Below are positions 27,871 to 36,444 of a stretch of DNA of 54,852 nucleotides, one piece after another. The notes beneath the pieces were generated by a model. The model saw only the letters and a list, made by a program, of their open reading frames with translations. It was not told the DNA's origin and did no database searches. The DNA comes from a virus, in the IMG/VR virus record IMGVR_UViG_3300045988_117159; one strand, given 5' to 3'. Position numbers and translations under genes: made by a program. The stretch's first letter is position 1. Each line of letters starts with the position of its first letter.

Positions 27871-28077
27871 TTATTCCTCCTTTAATGTTGTTTTTTCTTC
27901 TTCAATAACATTAGAATCAATTAATTCCATTAATTCTTTATATTGTTCTTGTGTGATGCGGTCACCATAGAAGAAAATATCTAATTGATTTTTAGTTTTT
28001 TCAACATAAGCATCATCTAATAAACCCTTATTAATTTTAGAATTAATTCCTTTTTTCAATCTTTCATAAATAGTCAT
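27871..28077 (-). CDS. XkdX-like small protein
   Basis: MTIYERLKKG...ITQEQYKELM pattern as in XkdX-family proteins, which usually follow fibre genes. Confidence 0.4.
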   Translation of the reverse strand: MTIYERLKKGINSKINKGLLDDAYVEKTKNQLDIFFYGDRITQEQYKELMELIDSNVIEEEKTTLKEE

Positions 28078-28078
28078 A

Positions 28079-29908
28079 TTATTGTTCCTCCATATCTAAT
28101 TCTAAACAAGTAACTCTATAATCAATATCAATGATGCTTTGATTGTCAAGTTCTTCTTTACTTTCAATATATTTTTTAGTATCTTTAATATATTCTAGGT
28201 CAATAGTGGGGTAGACATCACTTGCTTCAAATGAAATATTTGTTTCACCTGAATATGTTTGTAATTGTTTTAATTGAGTTAAAAGTTCAGTTGGAATATC
28301 TTCTTCAGTTGGTGTTGAAAGTTGATAATAAACTGTTATTGGGTTTGATTGAAGCCAACTTTTAAATAGCTCAGTAGTATTTAGACCTCTTATTTTATTT
28401 AATACAACATACATAGCGTTATCTAAAACTTTTATTGCTTCTTCCAATGTAGTAGAAATAGAATCTGTGGTTAAAAGTTTATTGCAAATACATGGAGTAG
28501 TATCTATTGCATTACTGACATTTACACTATATCCATCCATGCTAACGTTATTACTATATTTGTTCCAAAGTTCATCATCACTTCCATCAAAAGTTACAAC
28601 ACCAACATTTCTAATAATCTTGCCTCTGTTAAAATCAATGTAATCATATACATCACCAATTTTATAAAGAGGATTTTGAAGAGTGTAATTTAAAATACTA
28701 CCAATATAAGGTTCATAAGTGGTGTTTGAACTATACCCAATATATAAATTTCTAAAAGGATTATCAGATTTTATCTCAATATATGATGCATTTGTTGGTA
28801 ATTTTAACGGATTTGTCGCTGTAAAATTTAAACTGATAAAAGTCCCCAAAATATTGTTATTTATATCATATATTTTATAATTTAATCCACTAGAAATACT
28901 ATTGTTTCTAAACAATGTCTTTCCACCTTTGATGATAATTTTTAATTGTTTATTATTTTTTATATAAGTATTGTAATTAAATAAATTTTTTCCACACATA
29001 ACTCCACTCAATTTATTAACCGCTTTAATTTCTTGTGGATATTCAGGTGAAGGAGAAGGTTTGCCACCAGTATATGGTTCGTAAGAGGTTGCAGTTGAAC
29101 CTTCTTGTTCACTATTACCTTTAATAACTAAACTATTCAATCTTTTCGTAGCAGCATCTGTTAATTGAGCATAACCATCCGTAATAGTCAATTCTTGAGT
29201 AATACCATTTGCATCCTTTAACTCACGGTCTTCTACTTCATTAACTTGTTTTTGTAAATCTGTATAAGTAGATGGAATACTATCTAAAGCTTTTTTGGCT
29301 GTATTTTCCACTAATTGGACTTGTTCAGAGCCTTTATTTGTGATGTTTGTGATTTGATTACTTGAGGTAGTAAGTAATCTGTTATTTTCGGTTTCAGCCA
29401 ATGCTGATAATTCTTTTTCTAATTGTAAGAAGTAATCTCTAGCTTGTTCTTGTTCTCCTGGAGTTAAATCATCAACTTCTAAACCAACAACGCATGTACC
29501 AGTTGCAATAGCAGTATTCCATTCATTAGTTATATTTCCTAATGAATCTACATTTCTAGCACACACAATAAAACTAATATTTCCTTGATATTCAGTTACT
29601 TTTCTAGATAATAACCATGTAAATGTGATATTATCATCTACTACTTTTACGTCGGTAACAATATATTTATCTTTTTCTCCATTTGCATTTTGATAATTAA
29701 TATATAATTGATATTGTGTTAAATCAACATTATCTCCTACGATTCTAGGGCATTGAAAATATTTTCTTTCAGTTTTTTCATCATTAGTGACACCAAATAA
29801 TAACTCACCTGAAGGAACATATATTTCTCTACTATTATCATCAATAATTAAGTAATCATCAACCATATCCTGTGTTGATGCATTCAATAAATCTTGAATT
29901 TCGCTCAT
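28079..29908 (-). CDS. fibre / BppU-N-like structural protein (609 aa) in an atypical position
   Basis: The N-terminal ~140 aa resemble the baseplate-upper-protein/Ig-like N domain. Central coiled coil and a beta-rich C-terminus. Confidence 0.4.
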   Translation of the reverse strand: MSEIQDLLNASTQDMVDDYLIIDDNSREIYVPSGELLFGVTNDEKTERKYFQCPRIVGDNVDLTQYQLYINYQNANGEKDKYIVTDVKVVDDNITFTWLLSRKVTEYQGNISFIVCARNVDSLGNITNEWNTAIATGTCVVGLEVDDLTPGEQEQARDYFLQLEKELSALAETENNRLLTTSSNQITNITNKGSEQVQLVENTAKKALDSIPSTYTDLQKQVNEVEDRELKDANGITQELTITDGYAQLTDAATKRLNSLVIKGNSEQEGSTATSYEPYTGGKPSPSPEYPQEIKAVNKLSGVMCGKNLFNYNTYIKNNKQLKIIIKGGKTLFRNNSISSGLNYKIYDINNNILGTFISLNFTATNPLKLPTNASYIEIKSDNPFRNLYIGYSSNTTYEPYIGSILNYTLQNPLYKIGDVYDYIDFNRGKIIRNVGVVTFDGSDDELWNKYSNNVSMDGYSVNVSNAIDTTPCICNKLLTTDSISTTLEEAIKVLDNAMYVVLNKIRGLNTTELFKSWLQSNPITVYYQLSTPTEEDIPTELLTQLKQLQTYSGETNISFEASDVYPTIDLEYIKDTKKYIESKEELDNQSIIDIDYRVTCLELDMEEQ

Positions 29909-29923
29909 TATTACATACCTCCC

Positions 29924-30235
29924 TTATATTTGATTAATAATTAGCTCATTTGTTTCAAATTCACTTATATTGTTTTTACCATATAATTTCAATGTAAAAT
30001 AATTATTATTAGTAATATCATTTGGTACTAAACAAGAATTTCCTTTAATTAATAAATTAACTTCTTTGTCCCTCTCATTTGTTAATTTTATTGCTTTTCG
30101 ACTACCTCTCCAAGAAGCATCAAAGTCAAATAATAATTTTAAATAATTATTACTATTCATAACTATATCATCAAAATTACAGTTTTCATTCTTTTCTAAC
30201 TTTTGACCTGAAATATTAAATACTAATTCTCTCAT
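29924..30235 (-). CDS. hypothetical protein (103 aa)
   Basis: ORF with ATGA overlap to the upstream gene. Confidence 0.5.
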   Translation of the reverse strand: MRELVFNISGQKLEKNENCNFDDIVMNSNNYLKLLFDFDASWRGSRKAIKLTNERDKEVNLLIKGNSCLVPNDITNNNYFTLKLYGKNNISEFETNELIINQI

Positions 30236-30468
30236 TTTATATCTCCTTTCACATTATCAAATTGATTACTAATTTTTGGAATCATACGAGCAATAAAATT
30301 AACATTATCTTCATTGTGAATTCCATAACTAAATTCTATCCCTGCTTCATGTAAATAAGCATGCACCATTTCATGCAATAATGTATGTTTAATCCATATA
30401 TCTTCTTTCCAAAGATAAATTCGTTTATCATCATAATGGACATAACCATCACTATTATTTGCTAACAT
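30232..30468 (-). CDS. minimal HExxH zincin-like protein (78 aa)
   Basis: TLLHEMVHAYLHEAG motif (SprT-like context). Confidence 0.4.
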   Translation of the reverse strand: MLANNSDGYVHYDDKRIYLWKEDIWIKHTLLHEMVHAYLHEAGIEFSYGIHNEDNVNFIARMIPKISNQFDNVKGDIK

Positions 30469-30521
30469 ACAAGAATCCTTTTTTTTCTAATATTTTAATT
30501 TTATAGTCTTCTCCTAAAATA

Positions 30522-32111
30522 TTAACGACCATATCTAGCACCTCCACGTTTCTTCCATATTTGTTCCGTTGCATATCTAATACAGTCAATACTATGGTTG
30601 TCTAAATCAGGATATGCACTTATTGGTTCACCTTCCGGTGTTGTTTCATATTGATATTTAGAAAATTCTTCTTTAGTGTTTGGGCATCTAATTGGGTCTA
30701 TTACTATCTTTAATAGTGATTGTAGCCACTTCATCCCAAATCTTACTGAATCAGGACCTTTTTCAGCTGCTCTAGCATTAATTCCATATGTTCTATATTC
30801 TTCTACAGACTTTTGTTCAGCACTGTCACAAGTTACTATATCATATCTTGTTAAACCTTTTTCATTTAATAATATATCAGCAGTATCTTTATTTGATTTT
30901 TTATTACATCTATATTCATCAAATATATACAATGTCATTCTAGCACTATCATAATAGCAACCACCAAAATGGAACGGGTCAGGATACCAACCCCAATCGA
31001 CACCATATAATACTTTATCAAATGAAGCTATTTCATTATCAGTAATTTCTCTTATTTCTAGATTATCAAATACTTCTAAACCTTGACCTACAGGAATACC
31101 TAAATATTCATGTTCATAAGCTTTTGGATTTATCTGTTTTAGCCATTCAGCATCATCAAAGAATTGTTTCCCAAGCCATTGTTTTGGTACATCTCTATAA
31201 TCGCTGTCATGTACTATTCTATCAGGTTTTCCACTTGATGCTTCTACATTAATCCAATGAGTATTAGAAATAGGAACGTTATAAGAAAAGAATGTATAAT
31301 ATCTATCTCCCCCACGAATAGTAGACTGATTAATATTACGAATTTCTTTCATACCTTTTAATTGATCCGCTTCTTCAAACCATCTAATAGCAATGTACAT
31401 TCCCTCAGGTGGTCTAATAGATTTAATCTTTTGAGGGTCATCCCCACCTCTAAAATAAATCTTTTGTCCTGTTTCTTTTAAAGTTATTTCCATCGGCGAT
31501 ACTGTGAATTTGAATTGATTCGTTAATCCTAAATGGTCAATAGCCCACTTAATTTGCATATAAACGGAATCTTTAAGAGTATTTCCAACCTCTCTCATCA
31601 CTAATGCACAGTAGTTAGGATTGTTTTTCATTAACTCAATAGTCTTTTCACCTATATACGTTGATTTAGTAGAACCACGTCCACCTCTTAACCAAAACTC
31701 ACTATAATCAGGATTATCAATATCTCTATTCAAATCTACAAATGATTTAGCTATATCTTTTGCAGGAATATAGAATGATGTATTTTCTTTCTCTTGTTCT
31801 TTTTCTGCTAATTCAGTTAATACTTGAAAAGATAAAGCATTTCCTTTCATTGCGGATCTCGCTTGTCCTGCAATCATTGATGCCATTACAGTAATATCTT
31901 CATCTTCAATTTCTTTACATAATCCTTTCACGGAGCGAACATTCTTTTTATTTGTTTCAGACTCAAGCATCATTTTGGCTAGTTGTTGCATGGTTTTTTT
32001 CTTTCTTCTTGCTTTACCACTAGCAATACCCCCCATACGTGCTATTTTACTTTGTTGTTCTTTTGTTCGTTGGTTTTGAGGAATCAAGTGTTTTGAATTA
32101 TCACCAGGCAT
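30522..32111 (-). CDS. terL: terminase large subunit (PBSX/XtmB-like) with a basic N-terminal extension
   Basis: Walker A WLRGGRGSTKST and a nuclease-domain-size C-terminus. The real start is likely MPGDNSK at 32111 (SD AAAGGAAG). The upstream 26 codons overlap the promoter. Confidence 0.85.
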   Translation of the reverse strand: MPGDNSKHLIPQNQRTKEQQSKIARMGGIASGKARRKKKTMQQLAKMMLESETNKKNVRSVKGLCKEIEDEDITVMASMIAGQARSAMKGNALSFQVLTELAEKEQEKENTSFYIPAKDIAKSFVDLNRDIDNPDYSEFWLRGGRGSTKSTYIGEKTIELMKNNPNYCALVMREVGNTLKDSVYMQIKWAIDHLGLTNQFKFTVSPMEITLKETGQKIYFRGGDDPQKIKSIRPPEGMYIAIRWFEEADQLKGMKEIRNINQSTIRGGDRYYTFFSYNVPISNTHWINVEASSGKPDRIVHDSDYRDVPKQWLGKQFFDDAEWLKQINPKAYEHEYLGIPVGQGLEVFDNLEIREITDNEIASFDKVLYGVDWGWYPDPFHFGGCYYDSARMTLYIFDEYRCNKKSNKDTADILLNEKGLTRYDIVTCDSAEQKSVEEYRTYGINARAAEKGPDSVRFGMKWLQSLLKIVIDPIRCPNTKEEFSKYQYETTPEGEPISAYPDLDNHSIDCIRYATEQIWKKRGGARYGR

Positions 32112-32160
32112 TAAATCACTTCCTTTACTTAATAAATAATATAAATATTTTACAAAATTA

Positions 32161-32189
32161 ATTATATTATAATTATTATAAATATACAA
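32161..32189 (-). promoter_or_regulatory. Candidate late-operon promoter (-35 TTGTAT 32189..32184, 17 nt, -10 TATAAT 32166..32161)
   Basis: Hexamers read on the coding strand just after terminator 32205-32230. AT-rich background makes chance matches likely. Confidence 0.35.
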
Positions 32190-32204
32190 ACTATAATAAA
32201 AAAT

Positions 32205-32230
32205 AAAAAGAGTATGGCAGTACTCTTTTT
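32205..32230. terminator. Bidirectional-looking terminator (AAAAAGAGTA-TGGCAG-TACTCTTTTT) separating the early/middle genes from the terminase
   Basis: 10-bp stem with A/T runs on both sides. Confidence 0.65.
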
Positions 32231-32356
32231 AATAAACTAGTAATAATATGAAATATCTTTTTTACTCTTCACATGTAATATCCAAGTAGCATTCATTTTC
32301 ATCTACAGGAATTGTAATATTGCCCCTTTTTGTATATATTAATTATACTGATTTTC

Positions 32357-32554
32357 TTATAATGTCACAACTACCACAAGTTGTTTGAATCTATCACTAT
32401 ATTTAATATTAACTTCTAATATATCTCGTTCTTCTAATTCTTTATCTAGTAAGTCAACTGCATTAGCTGATACTGCTATTTGTGTACTATCATATTCAAT
32501 AATTATCAATGTATCCCAAGTAACAGTTTTTGATATTAATTCTAAAGTTAGCAT
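32357..32554 (-). CDS. hypothetical protein (65 aa)
   Basis: ORF; TAATG coupling with the upstream small ORF. Confidence 0.5.
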   Translation of the reverse strand: MLTLELISKTVTWDTLIIIEYDSTQIAVSANAVDLLDKELEERDILEVNIKYSDRFKQLVVVVTL

Positions 32555-32733
32555 TATTTTTTATTCCTTTCTAAATATTCACTATATACCCAATATTTAT
32601 GCAGGGTTTCCTTACTCATTTGTATAATACCAGATTTAAAATCTTTTATATATTTTTTCATTTCACTTTTACATTTATTAAATTCTTGTTCATACCTGCT
32701 ATTTAATAAATCTTTATAAAATTCGCCGCTCAT
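32554..32733 (-). CDS. small ORF (59 aa), not in the track
   Basis: SD AGGAGGAAAATATATG. Its stop overlaps the next ATG. Confidence 0.45.
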   Translation of the reverse strand: MSGEFYKDLLNSRYEQEFNKCKSEMKKYIKDFKSGIIQMSKETLHKYWVYSEYLERNKK

Positions 32734-32747
32734 ATATTTTCCTCCTA

Positions 32748-32921
32748 TTATTTATTTTTATATTTTCTTACTGTATATTTATGTGAGGATAAATAATATT
32801 TAATATAATTTTTAAATTGAATTTCGTTATCAAACATTGTCATTTTTATTTTCTCCTTACATTTTCTTACCATGATATTAATTATATTAATAGCACTTTC
32901 TATTTCATCTATACATTCCAT
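32748..32921 (-). CDS. small ORF (57 aa, or 31 aa from ATG 32843, which has the better SD)
   Basis: Open frame. The internal ATG is preceded by AAGGAG. Confidence 0.35.
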   Translation of the reverse strand: MECIDEIESAINIINIMVRKCKEKIKMTMFDNEIQFKNYIKYYLSSHKYTVRKYKNK

Positions 32922-32932
32922 TGTTATTTATT

Positions 32933-33082
32933 CTATTCATAATAAAACATAGCTAAAGGGTATATACCATTTATATTAATTATCTCAACTATGTCCTCTT
33001 TTTTAATGCCTTTTTTATTCACAAAATCACACAATGCAAAAGCACCCTTAAAGTATTCATATTTCAATTTATTTAATTTCAT
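32933..33082 (-). CDS. small ORF (49 aa), paralog of 34448..34603
   Basis: Shares the ..F(V/I)N..(G/N)IKKE(D/N)IV..YYE-stop pattern with the 51-aa ORF. Confidence 0.4.
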   Translation of the reverse strand: MKLNKLKYEYFKGAFALCDFVNKKGIKKEDIVEIININGIYPLAMFYYE

Positions 33083-33365
33083 TTTCTTTCATACACCACT
33101 CTTTCCAATCAAAACTACAGCAATTCCCTTGAACTGGGCAATCATTATTATCTTCTTCTTGTTCTAAAACAAAATGACAATTTTTACATTTTGTTTGACG
33201 GCACATTTTAATTAGTTCTTCACACGCTTTATTGAATGCTTTTTCTAATTGGTCTACATATTTTTCCAAATCCTTAACATATCGATGATTTTGATTTTCA
33301 AACCACTTATTATCATAATTTAAACTGAAACTTCTATTGTAATTATTTTTATTGGGTCTATTCAT
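33069..33365 (-). CDS. hypothetical Cys-rich protein (98 aa)
   Basis: ORF with CKNCHF..CPVQGNCCSF cysteines. Confidence 0.5.
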   Translation of the reverse strand: MNRPNKNNYNRSFSLNYDNKWFENQNHRYVKDLEKYVDQLEKAFNKACEELIKMCRQTKCKNCHFVLEQEEDNNDCPVQGNCCSFDWKEWCMKENEIK

Positions 33366-33651
33366 CTAACCACCCCAATTCCTTACATTGTTTGTTAATT
33401 GCTTTTAATAAATCTATATCAACAAAACAAGTCTTAAAAGTATTTTCACTGTTTGAAAGAGGATTTTGCCACGTAACATCTCTCATACAACGAATTTCAA
33501 CATCCTTATCAGTAAAATCAAATATTATTATTTTTCTCTCATCTCCGTATAAAAATTTGTTATATATCAAACACTCCCTGCCCCAATAATATGAACGACT
33601 GAGATTGTCAGAGTCATATCCCAATTCCTTAAACATTTCTTTTGCTGTCAT
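33358..33651 (-). CDS. hypothetical protein (97 aa)
   Basis: ORF with overlapping starts and stops on both sides. Confidence 0.5.
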   Translation of the reverse strand: MTAKEMFKELGYDSDNLSRSYYWGRECLIYNKFLYGDERKIIIFDFTDKDVEIRCMRDVTWQNPLSNSENTFKTCFVDIDLLKAINKQCKELGWLDE

Positions 33652-33977
33652 AACTTTTTCAACCTTTCTTGTTCTCGCTTTGCTTTTTCTACTTTAAAAG
33701 CAAACACTTGGTCATCATCAATATTAAACATCACTTTTAATTGATACAGCATGATTTCAACGTCAGCTATTTCTTCGATTAAATTAGCATAATGTTTATC
33801 ATTTGGATAACGAAGAAATTTATTAATTGCTTGAATAAGTTCAGCACATTCTTCCATAGCTTGTCTACATTGTGGTTCTTTGCCATATTTTTCAAGCGAT
33901 TGTCTAAATATCCTTTTTGTTTCCGTTACTTTATCTATATATTCATCAACATTAAATTCTTCTATTTTATTCATCAT
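33648..33977 (-). CDS. mazG: MazG-like nucleoside triphosphate pyrophosphohydrolase
   Basis: EECAELIQAI ... LIEEIADVEIMLYQL matches the EExxE...ExxD MazG helical motif pair. Confidence 0.7.
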   Translation of the reverse strand: MMNKIEEFNVDEYIDKVTETKRIFRQSLEKYGKEPQCRQAMEECAELIQAINKFLRYPNDKHYANLIEEIADVEIMLYQLKVMFNIDDDQVFAFKVEKAKREQERLKKL

Positions 33978-33994
33978 CTATTACCTCACAATAT

Positions 33995-34162
33995 TTAATA
34001 TTCATATCTTTCAATCAATTCATCAATGGTTTCATCATCTTCGGCATCTTGAAAGTAGCCTCTCATTCTCATACCAACGAGCATACCGATTTCATCAAAA
34101 CAATCACCGCCACAGCCATCATCTTGAAATTCTTTTAATAAATCTAATTCAAATTTAGTCAT
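33995..34162 (-). CDS. small acidic ORF (55 aa), not in the track
   Basis: Open frame with a GGAG-containing upstream region. CGGDC motif. Confidence 0.4.
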   Translation of the reverse strand: MTKFELDLLKEFQDDGCGGDCFDEIGMLVGMRMRGYFQDAEDDETIDELIERYEY

Positions 34163-34201
34163 CTTTCATCAACTCCTCTTTCCATTGCTCTTTTGTAACT
34201 A

Positions 34202-34444
34202 TTAATCATCTTCAACCCTCCAATCTAATGCTTGTCCGCAATCCCAACAATATCTAGTTTCTTGACGTTCATTCATGTAATGTTCTAGTAACGCATTGCC
34301 ACAATTTGGACAAGTATAGGTATCTTTAGGTTCAAAAAGCTTATCAAGAGAGGAAGTTTTTTTCTTCCTCATTTTGTTTTTAATTGGTTTTTTAGGTGTT
34401 GCCTTTTCTACTAATGCTTCTTGATATTTATTCATTATTTTCAC
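34202..34444 (-). CDS. zinc-ribbon protein (80 aa)
   Basis: CPNCGN ... CWDCGQ cysteine pairs. Confidence 0.55.
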   Translation of the reverse strand: MKIMNKYQEALVEKATPKKPIKNKMRKKKTSSLDKLFEPKDTYTCPNCGNALLEHYMNERQETRYCWDCGQALDWRVEDD

Positions 34445-34447
34445 CTC

Positions 34448-34603
34448 CTATTCATAATAATATAAAATATATGTTGAATCAAATACTATACTATCTTTAT
34501 AAATATATTCAACTTTTACAATATTTTCTTTCTTGATATTATTTTCATTTATGAATTTTTCTAATTCATATCCACTACTAAACTGTTTAACACAAAACTG
34601 CAT
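34448..34603 (-). CDS. small ORF (51 aa), paralog of 32933..33082
   Basis: See the paralog entry. Its stop is followed by the SD of the next gene. Confidence 0.4.
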   Translation of the reverse strand: MQFCVKQFSSGYELEKFINENNIKKENIVKVEYIYKDSIVFDSTYILYYYE

Positions 34604-34605
34604 AC

Positions 34606-34836
34606 TTATTTCTCCTTATAGCATTCTAATTCTTTAAATTTAACATAGATAGCTCTTATTTCATCCGCTGTTAATATCCCATCATCACTTTGTACACTTT
34701 CCGCTTCAATATATATTTTTAACTCATGGTCATGTTCAGTTGATGAATATTCTATTGTTGACATATTGAATAAATCATAAGTTACTTTAGTTCTATCGTA
34801 TCCTAAATCTAATAATAAACTTTGTGATTTTTCCAT
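34606..34836 (-). CDS. hypothetical protein (76 aa)
   Basis: ORF, tight packing. Confidence 0.5.
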   Translation of the reverse strand: MEKSQSLLLDLGYDRTKVTYDLFNMSTIEYSSTEHDHELKIYIEAESVQSDDGILTADEIRAIYVKFKELECYKEK

Positions 34837-34838
34837 AA

Positions 34839-35192
34839 TTATTTCCTCTTTAAAATATATAAAGTTGCCTCATAATAATGCGTAGTATTTTCAACTTCAG
34901 TAGCATCAGCTAATATATTACAGCATGTTTCTAACAGGTCTCTTTTTAATTCATCTTCTACTGTATAAGTTTCACTTGTAGATAAGCTTGGAAAATAAGG
35001 TTTATTGTACTTCAAATGAATATCTTTGATTTCATATTCAGTAAATTCTACTTTTGGGGCGCCGTACTTAATAGATGATATTGAAATTAACTTATTATTT
35101 AATTTCTTAATCACTTTATAATCTTTATTTAGATTATAATATTTGATTCCTAATATTAATACAATAATTAATAATATAATATTTATATACAT
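34839..35192 (-). CDS. membrane-anchored hypothetical protein (117 aa)
   Basis: N-terminal transmembrane segment YINIILLIIVLILGI. Confidence 0.5.
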   Translation of the reverse strand: MYINIILLIIVLILGIKYYNLNKDYKVIKKLNNKLISISSIKYGAPKVEFTEYEIKDIHLKYNKPYFPSLSTSETYTVEDELKRDLLETCCNILADATEVENTTHYYEATLYILKRK

Positions 35193-35692
35193 TATTCATC
35201 CTCCACGATTTCACAATTTTCTAAAACATCTTCAATAATATAATATTTTTGACTTTCCCAAGTCACGAATTGGAATAATTGCTCTAAAAAGTTACATAAA
35301 TAGCAAGTTTCACCGCCTGCCCACCATGTTTTATCATCATCCATGATATGAGGTTCTTTTTCATATAAATTTATCAGTCCGCCTTTGTCTCTACAAATAT
35401 AGTTTACTCCTTGTTTTTGCAAAAACTTGAGCATTTCATAATCTAAAAAGGTAACTTTGATTGGTTCTAAAGGTTCTAATTCGTCTAACTCATATCTCCA
35501 TACAAAATCATTTCCTTTTGCCATACATTGTCGGATGTTATCTTTACTCATAATATCCATATTATCATCGCATAAATCTCTAGCAAGCGCATGCACTGTA
35601 TGTGAACTCTCTAGTTGTTCACCTCTAATAATCATACCTTCATAGTCGAAACTGTATTTAGGAACTTTTAACTTAAATTTTTTCATTTTCAA
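35192..35692 (-). CDS. hypothetical protein (166 aa), paralog of 35673..36161
   Basis: Colinear similarity to the upstream gene (EGM(I/V)(I/V).GE.., (M/V)DIM(S/T)K..I..CM, ..(W/A)W(A/F)G.., ..(E/Q)D(V/I)L..(C/Y)E(I/V)(V/I)E). Confidence 0.6.
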   Translation of the reverse strand: MKMKKFKLKVPKYSFDYEGMIIRGEQLESSHTVHALARDLCDDNMDIMSKDNIRQCMAKGNDFVWRYELDELEPLEPIKVTFLDYEMLKFLQKQGVNYICRDKGGLINLYEKEPHIMDDDKTWWAGGETCYLCNFLEQLFQFVTWESQKYYIIEDVLENCEIVEDE

Positions 35693-36113
35693 TCACCTCA
35701 TATCTATTTAAAATGTCTTGAATTAAAGTAGGTTCTTCATTATCATAAGAAACAAAAGGATATAACTCTTTAAGGTACATATCGAAAACAGGGTAGTAAC
35801 CTTCATTTTTACCAAACCATGCACCCCCATTAAATACAGGTTTATTTTTGAAAAAATTCAATCTATTGTCTGTTTCATCACGTGTAATGTATTTATATCC
35901 CATTTCTAATTGATGTTCTAGAAGTAATTTTTCTAGCATTGTAAAAGTAGGTTTTATTTTCTTTAAATAGTCTTTACCGAACTCATATCTAGGATATTCC
36001 ATACAGTTAATGATTTGTTCTTTAGTCATGATGTCTACATTCAACTTACAAATATCAATACTGTCGGCTTCTAAAATTTTAGTTCTTCCATCAATTTCTC
36101 CTTCAACAACCAT
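35673..36113 (-). CDS. hypothetical protein (146 aa as annotated). The frame continues upstream through a TAG (36128..36126) to an SD-preceded ATG at 36161.
   Basis: Same frame verified codon by codon. AAGGAG SD lies before ATG 36161. Similarity to the paralog extends upstream of ATG 36113. Confidence 0.6.
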   Translation of the reverse strand: MVVEGEIDGRTKILEADSIDICKLNVDIMTKEQIINCMEYPRYEFGKDYLKKIKPTFTMLEKLLLEHQLEMGYKYITRDETDNRLNFFKNKPVFNGGAWFGKNEGYYPVFDMYLKELYPFVSYDNEEPTLIQDILNRYEVIENEKI

Positions 36114-36191
36114 TCCTTCAACCCACTAGCTTTTACCATTATTTTTTAATTCGTATTTCATCTTTCTCTCTCCTTTTTAATAATTTCATAT

Positions 36192-36395
36192 CTAAAATCC
36201 CATATACTCTCTCTTTACTTTTTTGATTGATTTAATAGCTTGTCTTAATGCTTTTGCATCTTGTTTACTAACAATATTTCTTTTATTTTTTGACATTGCA
36301 TAAACTAGCCCATCTAAATTCATTCTATTCATATATTGTAAATTTTCCATAAATTCCTTTTCACAATTTGTATATGTTTGTCCTAATTTTTTCAT
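36192..36395 (-). CDS. hypothetical basic protein (67 aa)
   Basis: ORF. Confidence 0.5.
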   Translation of the reverse strand: MKKLGQTYTNCEKEFMENLQYMNRMNLDGLVYAMSKNKRNIVSKQDAKALRQAIKSIKKVKREYMGF

Positions 36396-36444
36396 AACTA
36401 TTCTCCTTTATAAAATGATGTAAATTAAATATATTATATGATAA

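Noticed and set aside
32112-32189. 26-codon N-terminal extension of the terminase ORF (MYIYNNYNIINFVKYLYYLLSKGSDL)
   Set aside because: It runs through the A/T-rich candidate promoter. The SD (AAAGGAAG) precedes ATG 32111.
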